DNA of 64,000 nt, taken from Camelus dromedarius. Taxonomy: Eukaryota. The stretch lies in assembly GCF_036321535.1 (NCBI RefSeq), contig NC_087436.1:73596001-73660000 (forward strand). The letters are read 5' to 3'. The position numbers were made by a program, and so were the translations under genes. This document shows positions 52,330 through 64,000 of the stretch, in pieces. The notes below the pieces were generated by a model. That model saw only the letters and a program-made list of their open reading frames with translations, did no database searches and was not told the origin of the DNA. Positions within the stretch are counted from its first letter, which is position 1; each line of letters begins with the position of its first letter.

Positions 52330-53815
52330 TATTTATTTTTTAAATTGAAATGTAGTCAGTTTACAATGTTAGATTCTGGTGTACAGCATAGTGGTTCAGT
52401 TATACATATAGATACATATTCCTTTTCATATTCTTTTTCATTATAGGCTATTACAAGGTATTGGATATAGTGCCCTGTGCTATACAGTAGGACCTTGTTG
52501 TTTATCTATTTTATATATAGTAGTTAGTATCTGCAAATCCCAAACTCTCAATTTATCCCTCCACCCCACCCTTAATCCCTGGTAACCATAAATTTGTTTT
52601 TTATGTCTGTGAGTCTGTTTCGGTTTTGGAAATAAGTTCATTTGTGTCGTTTTGTTTTTTTGTTTTGTTTTGTTGTTTTTTTTTTTTAGATTCCACATGT
52701 AAGTGATATTATATGGTATTTTTCTTTCTCTTTCTGGCTTACTTCACTTATTATGATGATCTCCAGGTCCCTCCATGTTGCTGCAAATGGCATTATTTCA
52801 TTCACTTTTATGGCTGAGTAGTATTCCATTGTATACATATACCACAATTTGTTTACCCAGTCATCTGTTGATGGGCATTTAGGTTGCTTCCGTGTCTTGG
52901 CTATTGAAATAATGCTGCTATGAGCATTGGGGTGGATGTATCTTTTTTTTTTTTTTTTTTTATGTTTCCTCCAGATATATATCCAGGAGTAGGATTGCTG
53001 GATCATATGGTAAGTCTAGTTTTAGTTTTTGCTGAATCTCAATACTGTGTTCCGTAATGGCTGCACCAAACTACATTCCCACCAGCAGTGTAGGTGGGTT
53101 CCCTTTTCTCCACAGCCCCTCCAGCATTTATCATTTGTGGAGTTTGGAATGATGGCCATGGTGTAAGGTGATACCTCAATGTAGTTTTGATTTGCATTTC
53201 TCTGATAATTAGACATATTGAGCATTTTTTCATGTGCCTATTGGCCATTTGTGTCTCTTCACTGGAGAATTGCTTATTTAGGTCTTCTGCCCATTTTTGG
53301 ACTGGGTTGTTTGTTTGTTTATTAAGTTGTATTGAGCTGTTTATATATTCTGGAAATTAAGCCCTTGTCAGTCTTATCTCTTGCAAATATTTTCTCCCAT
53401 TTGGTAGGTTGTCATTTTGTTTTGCTTATGGCTTCCTTTGCTGTGCAAAAGCTTACAAGGTTGATTAGGTCCCATTTATTTATTTGTGCTTTTATTTCCA
53501 TTACATGGCTAGACTGCCCTAGGAGAACATTGCTAAGATTTATGTCAGAGAATGTTTTGCCTATGTTTTCTTCTAGGAGATTTATAGTGTCTTACGTTTG
53601 ATCTTACGTTCAAGTCTTTAAGCCGTTCTGAGTTTGTTTTTGTGTGTGGTGAAGGGAGTGTTCCAACTTCATTGATTTGTATGCAGCTGTTCAGCTTTCC
53701 CAACACCACTTGCTGGAGAGACTATCCTTTCTCCATTGCATATTTTTGCCTCCCTTGTCAAAAATTAACTGTAGGTGTGTGAGTGTATTTCTGGGCTCTC
53801 TATTCTGATCCATTG
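52330..53815 (-). mobile_element. L1 ORF2 3' part plus 3' UTR
   Basis: Frameshifted ORF2 pieces ([10 protein letters not shown]...[28 protein letters not shown]). Confidence 0.95.
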
Positions 53816-55604
53816 AGGGATCAAATAATTTCTATATGTTGTAATTTCTTGATATGGCTCTTAAGCCTCTTTTAGTCTGAGGTTTCCTCTTCATCTCTTT
53901 TTGTCTCCTTGTATTTATTTGTTGAAGAAACTAGGTCATTTGTCATGTAGAGTCCCTAGTCTGGGTTTTGTTAACTGTAATCTGTTGTCATTTAACACAT
54001 TCCTCTGAGCTGTGGCACATGTAATTTAGTAGGTAGATCCAGAAGTTTGATCAGATTTGGGTTGGATACCCTCCACCCCCAAAACTCCTTCCTTGGTGCT
54101 GGAAAAGTTTCCCTTGATGGTAGATATTTCGGGAGCAAAATCAACTGTCAAAGCCGGACATCCAATACACAAATTCACGGCCCAGGAGTAGGGAGGGACC
54201 TGCATGGCTGTGGCCACGGTGTGCCCGGTTGCTGCTGGGAGGCTCCCTCCCCAACTCTGGGTCCAGGGTTAGCCGTGCCTCCCTCAGACGTCCTGGCTGC
54301 ACCTCCCTGAGTTTGTGCCTCTCCTTTTCTGATTTGTTCCGCTTGGCACAGTGTGCAGGGCCAGCAGGGGTTCTGCGGGGACTCTTCCCCAGAAGTCCGC
54401 GTTTCCCTGGGACCAGACTCACATCTCTTGCTAGCTGGTAGGTAATGAGGAATCAGCATTTTCTAGCACCTACAGTTATGGCACAGCATTTGCTCAGAGT
54501 GACATCTAGTGGCTTTAAAAATGGATAGGGCCCCTTTTTTAAAGGAATGCCAAACTGTAGTTTGGTTTTTAAATTTGTATTTTTGAATTACAAAAGTATC
54601 TCATGATTGTAAGAAAACCTTACAGGAAACTGAATGATAATAGCCTTGGCAACTAGGTTTGTTTCCAGAATTTCACTCAGAATTTTCCTGGTGCACCATG
54701 TGAGTAGACAGTGAAAGTCCCCCGTAAACTCACGCCCCAGGAGTGACCACAGCTAATGGTGGACAGTTCTCTTTAATGGCTGCTTAGTGTTTCATAGAAA
54801 TGGGAAGGGCACTTTTTTTAAACTCCATCCTTCATTAATGGGCTTTAGGACAGGATCTAATTTTTTGGCTATTACAAACAGTGCTGCCAAGAACATCTCT
54901 ATACATGTGGTTTTCGTACTCTTGAGAATGTTTCTGAAAATAGTCATGTGGAAGAGGAGTTATTGGGTCAAAGAAGATGAGCATTTTTGGTACCAATTTA
55001 CACCTCTACCAACAATGGATGAGGGTACCTGTTTCCCCACGTGTTCACAACACAAGCATATTATCATTTAAATAAAAATCTGTGCAACTTGTTTTTTTTC
55101 TTTCTGTTTATTAAAAGAAATGACCTTTTTGGTTTGTTTCCATGACTAGGTTGGGTCCTGTGTGGTAGTTTTTTCTGACTGTTAATCTTCCTAGAGATAT
55201 TTGATGCTGACTTTATAAACTAGTGGATTCTAACCTAGAAACAAGGAAAAATGTTTGACCTTTATGAATATTCATTAACTCAAATTACATTTGTGGAGTG
55301 CCTGTTGTGTGCCTGGCCGGTTGCTTGAGTCACAATGGTGAAGAGGACATAAAACCTGCCTGTGTTATTAGGGAGCCCATGGGGCTGGCATGTAAGCCAG
55401 TCACCATGAGTGTGTGAGTCAGGCTCCAGTGGAAAGAACCCAAGGCAGATTGGTGGCCCAAAGAAGGGGTTGAGGAGGGGATGGGTCGCTGGAAGGCTGC
55501 ACAGAGAAGGCACTTGAGCTTGATCTTGAAGAATGAGGCTAGGCCAAAGGTGGAGAGGGGTAGGTGGTGTGTGTGCAATTCAAGATCAGGAAACTATGTG
55601 AAAG

Positions 55605-56093
55605 TGTTGCTGGAGAATAGGTTCTTGTCTCGCACAGGAAGGAATTCAAGATCGAGCCATAGTAAAATGAAAGCAAATTTATTCAGGGAGATACACACTC
55701 CGTAGGCAGAGTATGGGCTGTCTCAGAGGGCAAGAGGGGTGGCCCCAGAGCATAGGGTTACATCTTTGAAAGTGAGACTGGCCACGAGGTGTGGGGGTGG
55801 TTAGTTTTCAAGGGTGGGTAATTTCATATCTAATAAGTAGGAAGACTATTCCAACTGTGTTGGGGAAAGTGTGGGGATTTCCAGGAATTGGGCCACCACC
55901 CACTTTTTGGCCTTTTATGGCCAGCCTTTGAACTGTCTCAGTGCCTGAGGGTGTGCTGTGAGGCTCAAGGTCCATTGGAAGTCAAATCCTCTCCCATCTT
56001 TGGCTGAGTTGGTTCTAACCAGTGTATGTCATATCTTCAATTGCTGTGTCTTTCTTTTAATGGTTGTGCCCTGCCCTCTTCCCTTTTGTCTCA
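55605..56093 (-). mobile_element. ERV1-like solo LTR
   Basis: TG...CA termini with a perfect 4-bp TSD aaag; TTTATT at ~55678. Confidence 0.8.
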
Positions 56094-57344
56094 AAAGGTA
56101 GGGTATATCTGGGGGACCACAGGAAGATCCAAGTAGCTAGAGAGAGTTTGAGAAGAAGCTCAGATTTGAGACTGCAGAGGTGGGTACAGATTGGACTGTC
56201 TGTGAGGCCAATGTTTCTCAAACTCTGGATGCTTTTATTTTAAAAGAAAACATTACCTCAATGCTGTAATTGGAAAATCAATATCCTTTGCCATAAATAC
56301 ATATCATAAAAACAATTTTAGTAAAAAAGAAAAAACCCAATTGAGTACACTTTAAACAGTTTAAAATTAAAAAAAATAATAATAACAAATCGAATCTGTT
56401 TACCAAAAATGCACTCCTAAAATTATCTTCATCTGGGATAAAAATTACATGGTTTGTAATCTGTCAGTAATAGAGAGACTTGGCTCTGCTTCCTTTAGTT
56501 TCAGACTAAGATGAGGATTCTGTCAAGAAAATACTGTTTCTGTTTTTTGGGTTAATTAGCCCCAGATTCTCAACACACCTACAAGGGAAAACTTTCTAAC
56601 ATGTATTTCTCTCTGAAAATGAACCAGGCTGCCTCCAGGAGCAGTGACCCCCAGCCTGGAGCATTCTAGCAGATGCCTGCCTGTGAAGCGGCTTTGAGGT
56701 TTACTTAGTGTCTAATGTCTGTGATTGGGAAATATTTCAAAACACTAACCCGGAGATTAAGAAATGTATGCCTTTATTTTAATCATTAAAATACAGATAA
56801 AAGGTTTTGAGTTCTACAGAAATAATTTAAAGCAATAATTGTTAGAGATTTATGGAGTCCTAATTACACCTGCACATGAGTTCTATGTCCAGCAGCAGTA
56901 GTAATTGTTTTAAAAAAACAAACAACTTCCCCCACAAAATACTTGTATATATCTTGAAGACATGTCAAAAATCCCCAAACAGAAAAGGACTGTTAGTATA
57001 TTCTTAGAAAACAGTGCTCCTGGGAAGCGTGAGCCCTTCCTGAAACTATCCTTTGTTAATTAACACAGCTAAACTCGAACTCCTCGGATTGTCAGTGTCT
57101 TGGGTTATCTATTGCTGGATAACCAATTACCCCAAAAGTTAATGTTTTAAAACAACAATACTTACTATATTTTGCAATTCTGTGGGTTAACTGGGCTCAG
57201 CTGAGTGATTCTTCTGCTCCATGTGTTATCAGGCGCAGTTGCCATTGGCTGGGCTGGAACATTCAGCAAACCTAGCTTTGTTCAGTTATAGGTGTGTTCC
57301 TCGTGGTCTTTGTCAGTATGGTATTGAGAGCATGAAAAGTTTAT

Positions 57345-58000
57345 TGATTTGGTTTCAATTTCCCTATTTCTACTAACCTTTAAGAATTACCATTTATCAA
57401 GTTTGGGTATACTATATCAAAGAAGAATATCCACAATTATCTGAAAAGGCTATTAAAATACATTCTTTTCCAACTACATGAAGCTGGACTTTTTTATATA
57501 CTTTAGCCAACAAACCATCATAGCAGATTGACTGCAGAAGCAGATATGAGAATTCAGCTGTCTTTTACTGAGTCAGAAATTAAAGAGATTTGCAAATATG
57601 TAAAACAATGCCACTCTTCACTAATTTTTGTTTGGGGATATATAGTTAATCTTTAAAATATGTCATTATCATTTTGGTTTTGATGACGTACTGTGGTTAA
57701 GTAAGATGTCACCACTGGGGACGCTGGATGATGGAAACATGGGGTCTCTCTGGATTATTTTCAACTTCTTGTGAGTCTACAATTATTGCAAAATAAAAAG
57801 TTTAAAAATATTTGTTAACATAATAAGTATAGTTTTTATTTTAAAGTGATTAATAAATATCTGAAATATATCCCAGTTTCAATTTCTAATACAGTAAACA
57901 TCAATGGAGATAGCCCACATAAGCAAAAGCTCTTTGAGATCTTCAGTAATTTTTAACAGTGTAAAAGAGTCCTGTGATTGAAAACTTTGAGAATCACTGC
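57345..58000. mobile_element. Charlie-like hAT transposon remnant
   Basis: aaagaagaatatccacaattatctgaaaaggc...tttgagaatcactg. Confidence 0.7.
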
Positions 58001-59079
58001 AATATAAGTAAAGGTGAGAAATAACATGGCTTAGACTAGGGAGGTAGCAATGCAGGAGTAAGAAGGGGTCCAATTCTGGATGTGTTTTGAAGGTAGAGTC
58101 AAGATATGTTAAGAATCGGATGTAGAAAACAAGAAAAAGAAGTTTGTTTTGTTTTGTTTTGTGTTTTGCATAAGGAAACTGGTAGGATGAAACTGATATG
58201 TAATCAGATAGGAAGGCTCACAAGAGGACTAGATTCGGGGTGGGGGGAATATAAGGAGTTTATCTTGGAAATGTTAAGTTTTGAGATGCCCATTAAATAT
58301 CCAAGTGGAGAAGTATGTGTGTTTAATCTGATTACATCAGGCTTTCTTGTGTCTGTTAACACTAAAATTTGGGGGTATTTGGCAATGTCCTCATCTAAAT
58401 CTAAAAATGTGAGGTTTCTGAATTGGCCTCTCATATTTACAGTTATCCCAGTGCAAATAGCAGTTAATGTCTTACCAAATAACCCCCCTTCGCTATTGCA
58501 GGGTAAACCAACTAGATAAGCAGTCCTGGAGCCTGGCTGCACTTTAGAATCACCTGGGGCACACTTAAAACGCTCCAATAGCATGGCCTCTTACTCAGAG
58601 ATTTTGATTTAATTGGTCTGGAATGGGGCCACAGACATCCTGTTTTCAAATATCCCAGATGATTTTAATGAGCAGTTAAGGCTAAATCACTGGATTAGAC
58701 GCATGATTTTGCTGTTTCTTTCTAGACCAATTAAAAAACTCTTTTTAAATTAAAACCCCCTTGAAGCCAATCCCTATAGTAATTGATAAAGGAAATTTTC
58801 TCAAAGTCTTGAGTGTATACATAGGAGTCGCCTACTGCAGGACATAGAGCCTAAAGGGTGTATAACAGCAAACGGCGAGGGCCCAGAAGAAATAAGAGCC
58901 AAAGCAACTACTTCCCAGAAAACTGGTTAAAGCAAGCAGAAGAATGGCCTGATGTGAATCTGTGGCTGTGCCATCTAGACTCAAGAAAGGAACTCGGAGT
59001 TTAGCCATCGACCCACCAAGCTCCACGACAGCCATCCAATCCTGAATTGACAAGCCAAGGACTTTTGTAGTTTTTGTGT

Positions 59080-59570
59080 TTCAAGAGTCTGGGCACAGCT
59101 TTACAGGAGCCTCAGCTCAGGGTCTCACAAGCCTGCAGTCAAGGTGTTGGCCAGGCTGCATTCTCATCTGGAGGCTCCACTACATCTGGAAGAATCTGCT
59201 TCCAAGCTTATTCAGAATGTCGGCAAAATTTATTTCCTCGTATGATTGGAGGCTTTGGATTTTTGTAGCCATCAGTTGGAAGCCATCTGCAGATCCTACA
59301 GGCCACCCAAAGTTCCTTGTCATGTGGGTTCCCTCAATGTGGCTGCATGTTTCCACAAGCCAACAAGGAGAATCTCCTGCTCCAGTCTACTAACGTGGAA
59401 TTTTATATAGCGTCATATAGTTACAGGACAAACACCCCATCACCTTTGCCATATTCTGTTGATCAAAAGCAAGTCACAGGTCCTGCCAGCACTTGTGGAG
59501 ATGGGAATCAGGCAAAGGCGGGAACACCAGGAGGTGAGACATCACTGGGGTAGGGGTCACCTTAGGGTCT
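59080..59570 (-). mobile_element. MLT1-like LTR
   Basis: agcaagtcacaggtcctgcc and related MLT1 motifs. Confidence 0.7.
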
Positions 59571-59915
59571 GTTTCCCAAACAAATGACGGCATATAAACC
59601 AGGGATTGTTTATAATCAAACCAAACAGATAATATTGTCCTGGAAAACTGGAAAGGACACTGGATGGAGCCAGGGATCAGGGGTTCTGGTCTTGGCCATG
59701 GCATTAACTAGGTCACATATCCAGCTGGACTTCAATTTCCTGTACAAATAAAATGAGGTAGGGGAGATACCAACCAAAGAAATGCATATAAAATAGCATG
59801 GAGGCACTATCATTCACTGTTAGCAAAACTTAGAAATGACTGCACTCTGAGCTCATGAGTTTATGGGGAAACTAGTGTGCTCAGTCCTGAAAAGCAACCT
59901 GTCAGACGTTCACAT

Positions 59916-60300
59916 CTGTGGCGATTAATGTTACACATCCACTCGGCCGTGGGGTGCCAAGATATTTGGTAAAACATTATTTCTGGGTGTGTCTGTGAGG
60001 GTGTTTGTGGATGAGATTAGCACTGCAATCAGCAGACTGAGTAAAGCAGATGGCCCTCCCCAGTGTGGGTGGGCCTCACCCAATTCACTGAAGTCCTGAA
60101 AAGAATAAAATGCTGAGTAAGGAAAAGACTCCTTATCTTTGCTTGAGCGCCTTTAAGCTGGGACATCTGTCTTCTCTCACCTTCAGACTCTGACTGACCA
60201 GAATCAACCGTCAGCTCTCCTGGGTTTCCAACCTGCTGACTGCAGATCGTGGAACTTCTCAGCCTCTGCAACCACGTGAGCCAATTCCTTACAGTAAACC
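59916..60300 (+). mobile_element. MLT2-like (ERVL) LTR
   Basis: aaacattatttctgggtgtgtctgtgaggg...gtgagccaattcctta. Confidence 0.8.
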
Positions 60301-60721
60301 TTTTTATGGACTAATAAGACTCCCTTTGACAAAGTAATCCCAGTCTTGGGGCTCTAGCCTGTGAAAATGTATAAATTCAAATGATTTTTAGGAAACAGGC
60401 TATCTGCACAAAGCTATTAACCACAGTGTTGTTTATAATAATGAAAAACCGGAAACAAGACACATGTTTAACACTAGGAGAATGGCTGCATAGATTATAC
60501 TGCATCCATTTGAAATTACGCAGCCTTTAAATGCATAATCATGAAGACTATGTAGCAACACAGATGTGAACTTATAAAATAAAAGCAGAACATTAGATTA
60601 CATAAGCATTATAGTTACAACAAGAAAAAGTAAATAATGAGAAGAATCCATACGTTTGGGTCATGGGGTTACACAAATAATTTTTCATAACTTTCCTTTG
60701 GCAATAAGACATTGCATATCT

Positions 60722-60731
60722 TTTATTTATT
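60722..60731 (-). terminator. PPEF2 candidate polyadenylation signals (overlapping AATAAA)
   Basis: TTTATT at 60722-60727 and 60726-60731 on +, ~320 nt past the PPEF2 stop. Confidence 0.6.
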
Positions 60732-61051
60732 GTTTTTATAATGAAAACAATGAAGGAGTTGAATTATCAGTGGTTCTTAACTGGGATAGACTTGAGAATT
60801 TAAAAATACTTACATCTCGGTCCTACCTTGTGAAAATTCTGAAATGGGGCTAGGGCACCTACATATTTAAAATACATACACACACACTCTAACTTCACCC
60901 TCCACCCCAAGAATACAGGTGATTCTGATGCATGTTGGTAGGCAAAGCCACAGCATAAAGTTCCACAGTTTCTGGAGAATAAGAGAACTGTTCTAGCAAC
61001 GAGCTCAGCACTGCTCATGAGGCACCTCGGGCGATGGAGACCAGGCTGGCC

Positions 61052-61305
61052 TTAGTGTGCGCCTGGGCTGCTGCAGGCACTGCTGTTGGTGTTTGTGGTT
61101 CGTGGGCAGTCTGAGGCATCGCCCTCTGAACAGGACTGCTCCACAAGGCGGAAGGCCTCCAGGAACTCATTGATGTCAATGTGGCCATCCTTGTTGAAGT
61201 CAATGCTCCGGGCAAGGTCGCAGATGCAGTCATCTGTGATGTCAATGTTCATATGAGAGCTGAACAGCTTCCAAGTCTGCCTGAACTCGTCCAGTGAGAT
61301 GAACC
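61052..61305 (-). CDS. PPEF2: PPEF2 last coding exon (C-terminal EF-hands)
   Basis: Acceptor ctctctctggtaag|GG, then (G)FISLDEFRQTWKLFSSHMNIDITDDCICDLARSIDFNKDGHIDINEFLEAFRLVEQSCSEGDASDCPRTTNTNSSACSSPGAH*. Contains EF-hand loop DFNKDGHIDINE and matches the PPEF2 C-terminus as I recall it. Confidence 0.95.
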
Positions 61306-61724
61306 CTTACCAGAGAGAGCAAGTCACTTAGTCTAGTTTTCAGTGCTCGTTTCCTCTGACATTCTTGCAAGGACACCTGGTTGCAAACAAAGACACCCAG
61401 GGCCTAGTATCCACTTTAAACTCCCAAGAGGATAGTGCAAAATCACTACATCACCAGTGGTCCTCAGCTGGGAGCAAGTTTGCTCTTCTAGGGACGTTTG
61501 TAAATGTTTCGAGACATTTTTGATTGTCATGGGGGAGGGGGGAGGGTGTTACTGGCATCTAGTAGGTAAAGGGCAGGGATGCTACTAAACATCCTAAAAT
61601 GTACGGGATGGGCCCCCAAACAAAGAATTGCTCAAGCCAAAATGTCAGCAGTGCCACTGCTGAGAAGCCCTGCATTAAATCATCCCAAACATATGCTAAT
61701 TTATTCTGCTTATAAAAAGCCTTT

Positions 61725-63045
61725 GACCTATATGTCTATGGTCAATTGACTTTTCACAAGGGTTCCAAGACCATTCAATGGAAAGAATAATATTTTTCAA
61801 CAGATGGTAGGGGACAACTGGATATCTACATGCTAAAGAATGATGCTACACCCCTACCTTGCACTACAAATAAAAATTAACTCAAAATGGATTAAAGATC
61901 CAACTGTAAGAGCCAAAACTGTAAAACAATTAGAATACATAGGTATAAATCTTTGTGACCTTCAGTTACGTAACATTTTCTTAGCTATGACAACAGAAGC
62001 ACAAACAACAAAAGAAAAAAAATTGGACTTTTTTTAAAATTAAGAACTTTTTTGTATCAGACGACACTACCAAGAAAGTGAAAAGATGACCCATAAAATC
62101 AGAGAAAATATTTGCAAATCATATGTCTGATAATGGCTTAATATCTAGAATATATCTTAAAAAACAACTCAACAATAAAAAGACAACCCAATTAAAAGAT
62201 GGATAAAGGATTTGAATAGACATTTCTCCAAGGAAGATACGCAAAGTTCAATAAGCACAAGAAAAGATGCTCAACATCATTAGTTTCTAAGGAAATGCAA
62301 AGCAAAACTATTAAAAGATATTTCACACCCAGTAGAATGGCTATAAAAGTTTTTTTAATGGAAAATAACAAATGTTGGTGAGGATGTGGAGAAGTTGGAA
62401 CCCTCATACATTGTTAGTAGGAATGTAAAATGATATAGCCACTGTGGAAAACAGTTTGGCAGCCCCCCTAAAAGTTAAACTTAATTTTACCATGTGGTCT
62501 AGCAGTTGCACTCCTGGGAATACATCCAAGAGAACTGAAAACATATGTTTACACACAAAGTTGTATATGAATGTTCATAGTGACATTATTCATTATAGCC
62601 AAAAAGTGGAAATAATCCAAATGTCTATCAACTGATGAATGGATAAACAAAATGTGATATATCCATATAATGGAATATTATCCAGCTATAAAAAGAAATT
62701 TTGAAAACTGACACATGCTGTAACATGGATGAACCTTGAAAACGTACTAAATGAAAGAATCTGGATCCCAAAAGCCATGTATCAAACTATTTGTATGAAA
62801 TGTCCAGAATAGGCAAATTCGTAGAAACAGAAAGCAAATTAATGGTTGCCAGGGATTGACAGAGAAGGAAATGAGAAGGGGGAGTGACTGCTAATGGGTA
62901 TGGGTTTCTTTTTAGGGTGATGAAAATGTTCTAAAATTAGACGACGATAACAGTTACACAGGCTTGTGAATATACTAAAAAAGCACAGAGCCGCACATTT
63001 TAAATGGGTAAATTATATGGTATGTGAATTATATCTCAAAAAAAG
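61725..63045 (+). mobile_element. L1M ORF2/3' fragment in the last PPEF2 intron
   Basis: KINSKWIKD motif and an L1M 3' end. Confidence 0.9.
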
Positions 63046-63164
63046 TAATAATATTTGAAAAGGCCTCTGGACCACTAAAGAAATAGGGTGAGGGTATACA
63101 GGACCTCCTTGTACATTTTTTGGTAACTCTTTGTGAATCTATAATTATTTAAAAATTAAAAAAA

Positions 63165-64000
63165 AATTTATTGAAGTATAGTTGGTTTACAATGTGTTGG
63201 TTTCTTGTGTACAGCATAGTGTACAGTTCATTATATATATATACATATATATTTTCTTTCATATTCTTTTTCATTATACATTATTGCAAGATATTGAATA
63301 TAGTTCCCTGTGCTATACAGTAGGATCTTGTTGTTTATCTATTTTATATATAGCACCTAGTATCAGCAAATTCCAAACTCCTAATTTATCCCTCCCCCTC
63401 CTTTCCCCTTTGGTAACCACAAGTTTGTTTTCTATGTCTATGAGTCTGTTTTATAAATAAGTTCATTTGTGTCATTTTTTTTTGGATTCCACAAATAAGT
63501 GATATCATGTATTTGTCTTTCTCTGACTTACTTTACTTAGGTCCATCCATATTGCTGCAAATGGCATTATTTAATTATTTTTTATGGCTGAGTAGTATTC
63601 CATTATATATATATCTCACATCTTCTTCATCCAGTAATTCATCAGTGGACATTTCCATGTCTTGGCTATTGTAAATAGTGCTGCTATGAGCATTGGGGTA
63701 TATGTATCTTTTTGAATTAGAGTTCCCTCTGTATGTATGCCCAGGACTGGGATTACTGGATCATACAATAACTCTATTTTTCAGTTTAAAAAAAAATCTC
63801 CATACTGTTTTCCATAGTGGCTGCACCAATTTATATTCCCACCAACAGTGTAGGAGGGTCCCTTTTTTTCCACATCCTCTCCAGCATTTATTATTTGAGG
63901 ACTTTTAATGATGGCCATTCTGGTGTGAAGTGATATTTTGATTTACATTTCTCTGATAATTAGCAATCTTTTCTCTGATAACTGAGCATCTTTTCATGTG
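63165..64000 (-). mobile_element. L1 3' end, continuing beyond the window
   Basis: Same subfamily hallmarks as the 20.3 kb and 52.3 kb copies. Confidence 0.9.

Noticed and set aside
54026..54459. Cluster of overlapping ORFs
   Set aside because: Explained by stop-codon scarcity in a GC-rich patch.
58106..58584. Overlapping 137-aa and 126-aa ORFs
   Set aside because: They overlap L2-like and MER5A-like sequence; no splice or homology support.
61015..61245. 76-aa alternative-frame ORF over PPEF2
   Set aside because: Shadow frame of the real coding exon.
1..64000. Prokaryotic systems (CRISPR arrays, operons, defence islands)
   Set aside because: The sequence is mammalian; there are no spacer-repeat arrays or dense gene packing.

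Overview
Mammalian genomic DNA, very probably camelid (alpaca/camel), judged from repeated ~100-nt tRNA-derived Vic-type SINEs. It is the interval between a + strand 3' UTR at the left edge (probably USO1, by synteny) and the last coding exon of PPEF2 on the - strand at ~61.1-61.3 kb. Much of the window is L1, L2, MIR, MaLR/ERV LTR and DNA-transposon debris, so almost every ORF in the supplied track is spurious. Four non-repeat signals stand out. (1) A multi-exon - strand gene at ~23.5-28.6 kb, invisible to the ORF track, splices in phase to a 77-aa microprotein with a signal peptide; it sits where I recall the mouse 'lncRNA' U90926 lies. (2) A full-length variant U1 snRNA gene (31696-31859) keeps a DSE, PSE and 3' box, has structure-preserving substitutions, and is head-to-head with gene (1). 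(3) A ~1.2-kb decayed coding-like terminal exon with a polyA signal lies on the - strand at 13.4-14.7 kb. (4) A tailless 5S rRNA retrocopy with a 16-bp TSD lies inside an intron of gene (1). Orthology statements come from memory and synteny, not database searches, and repeat family names are recognition-level calls.
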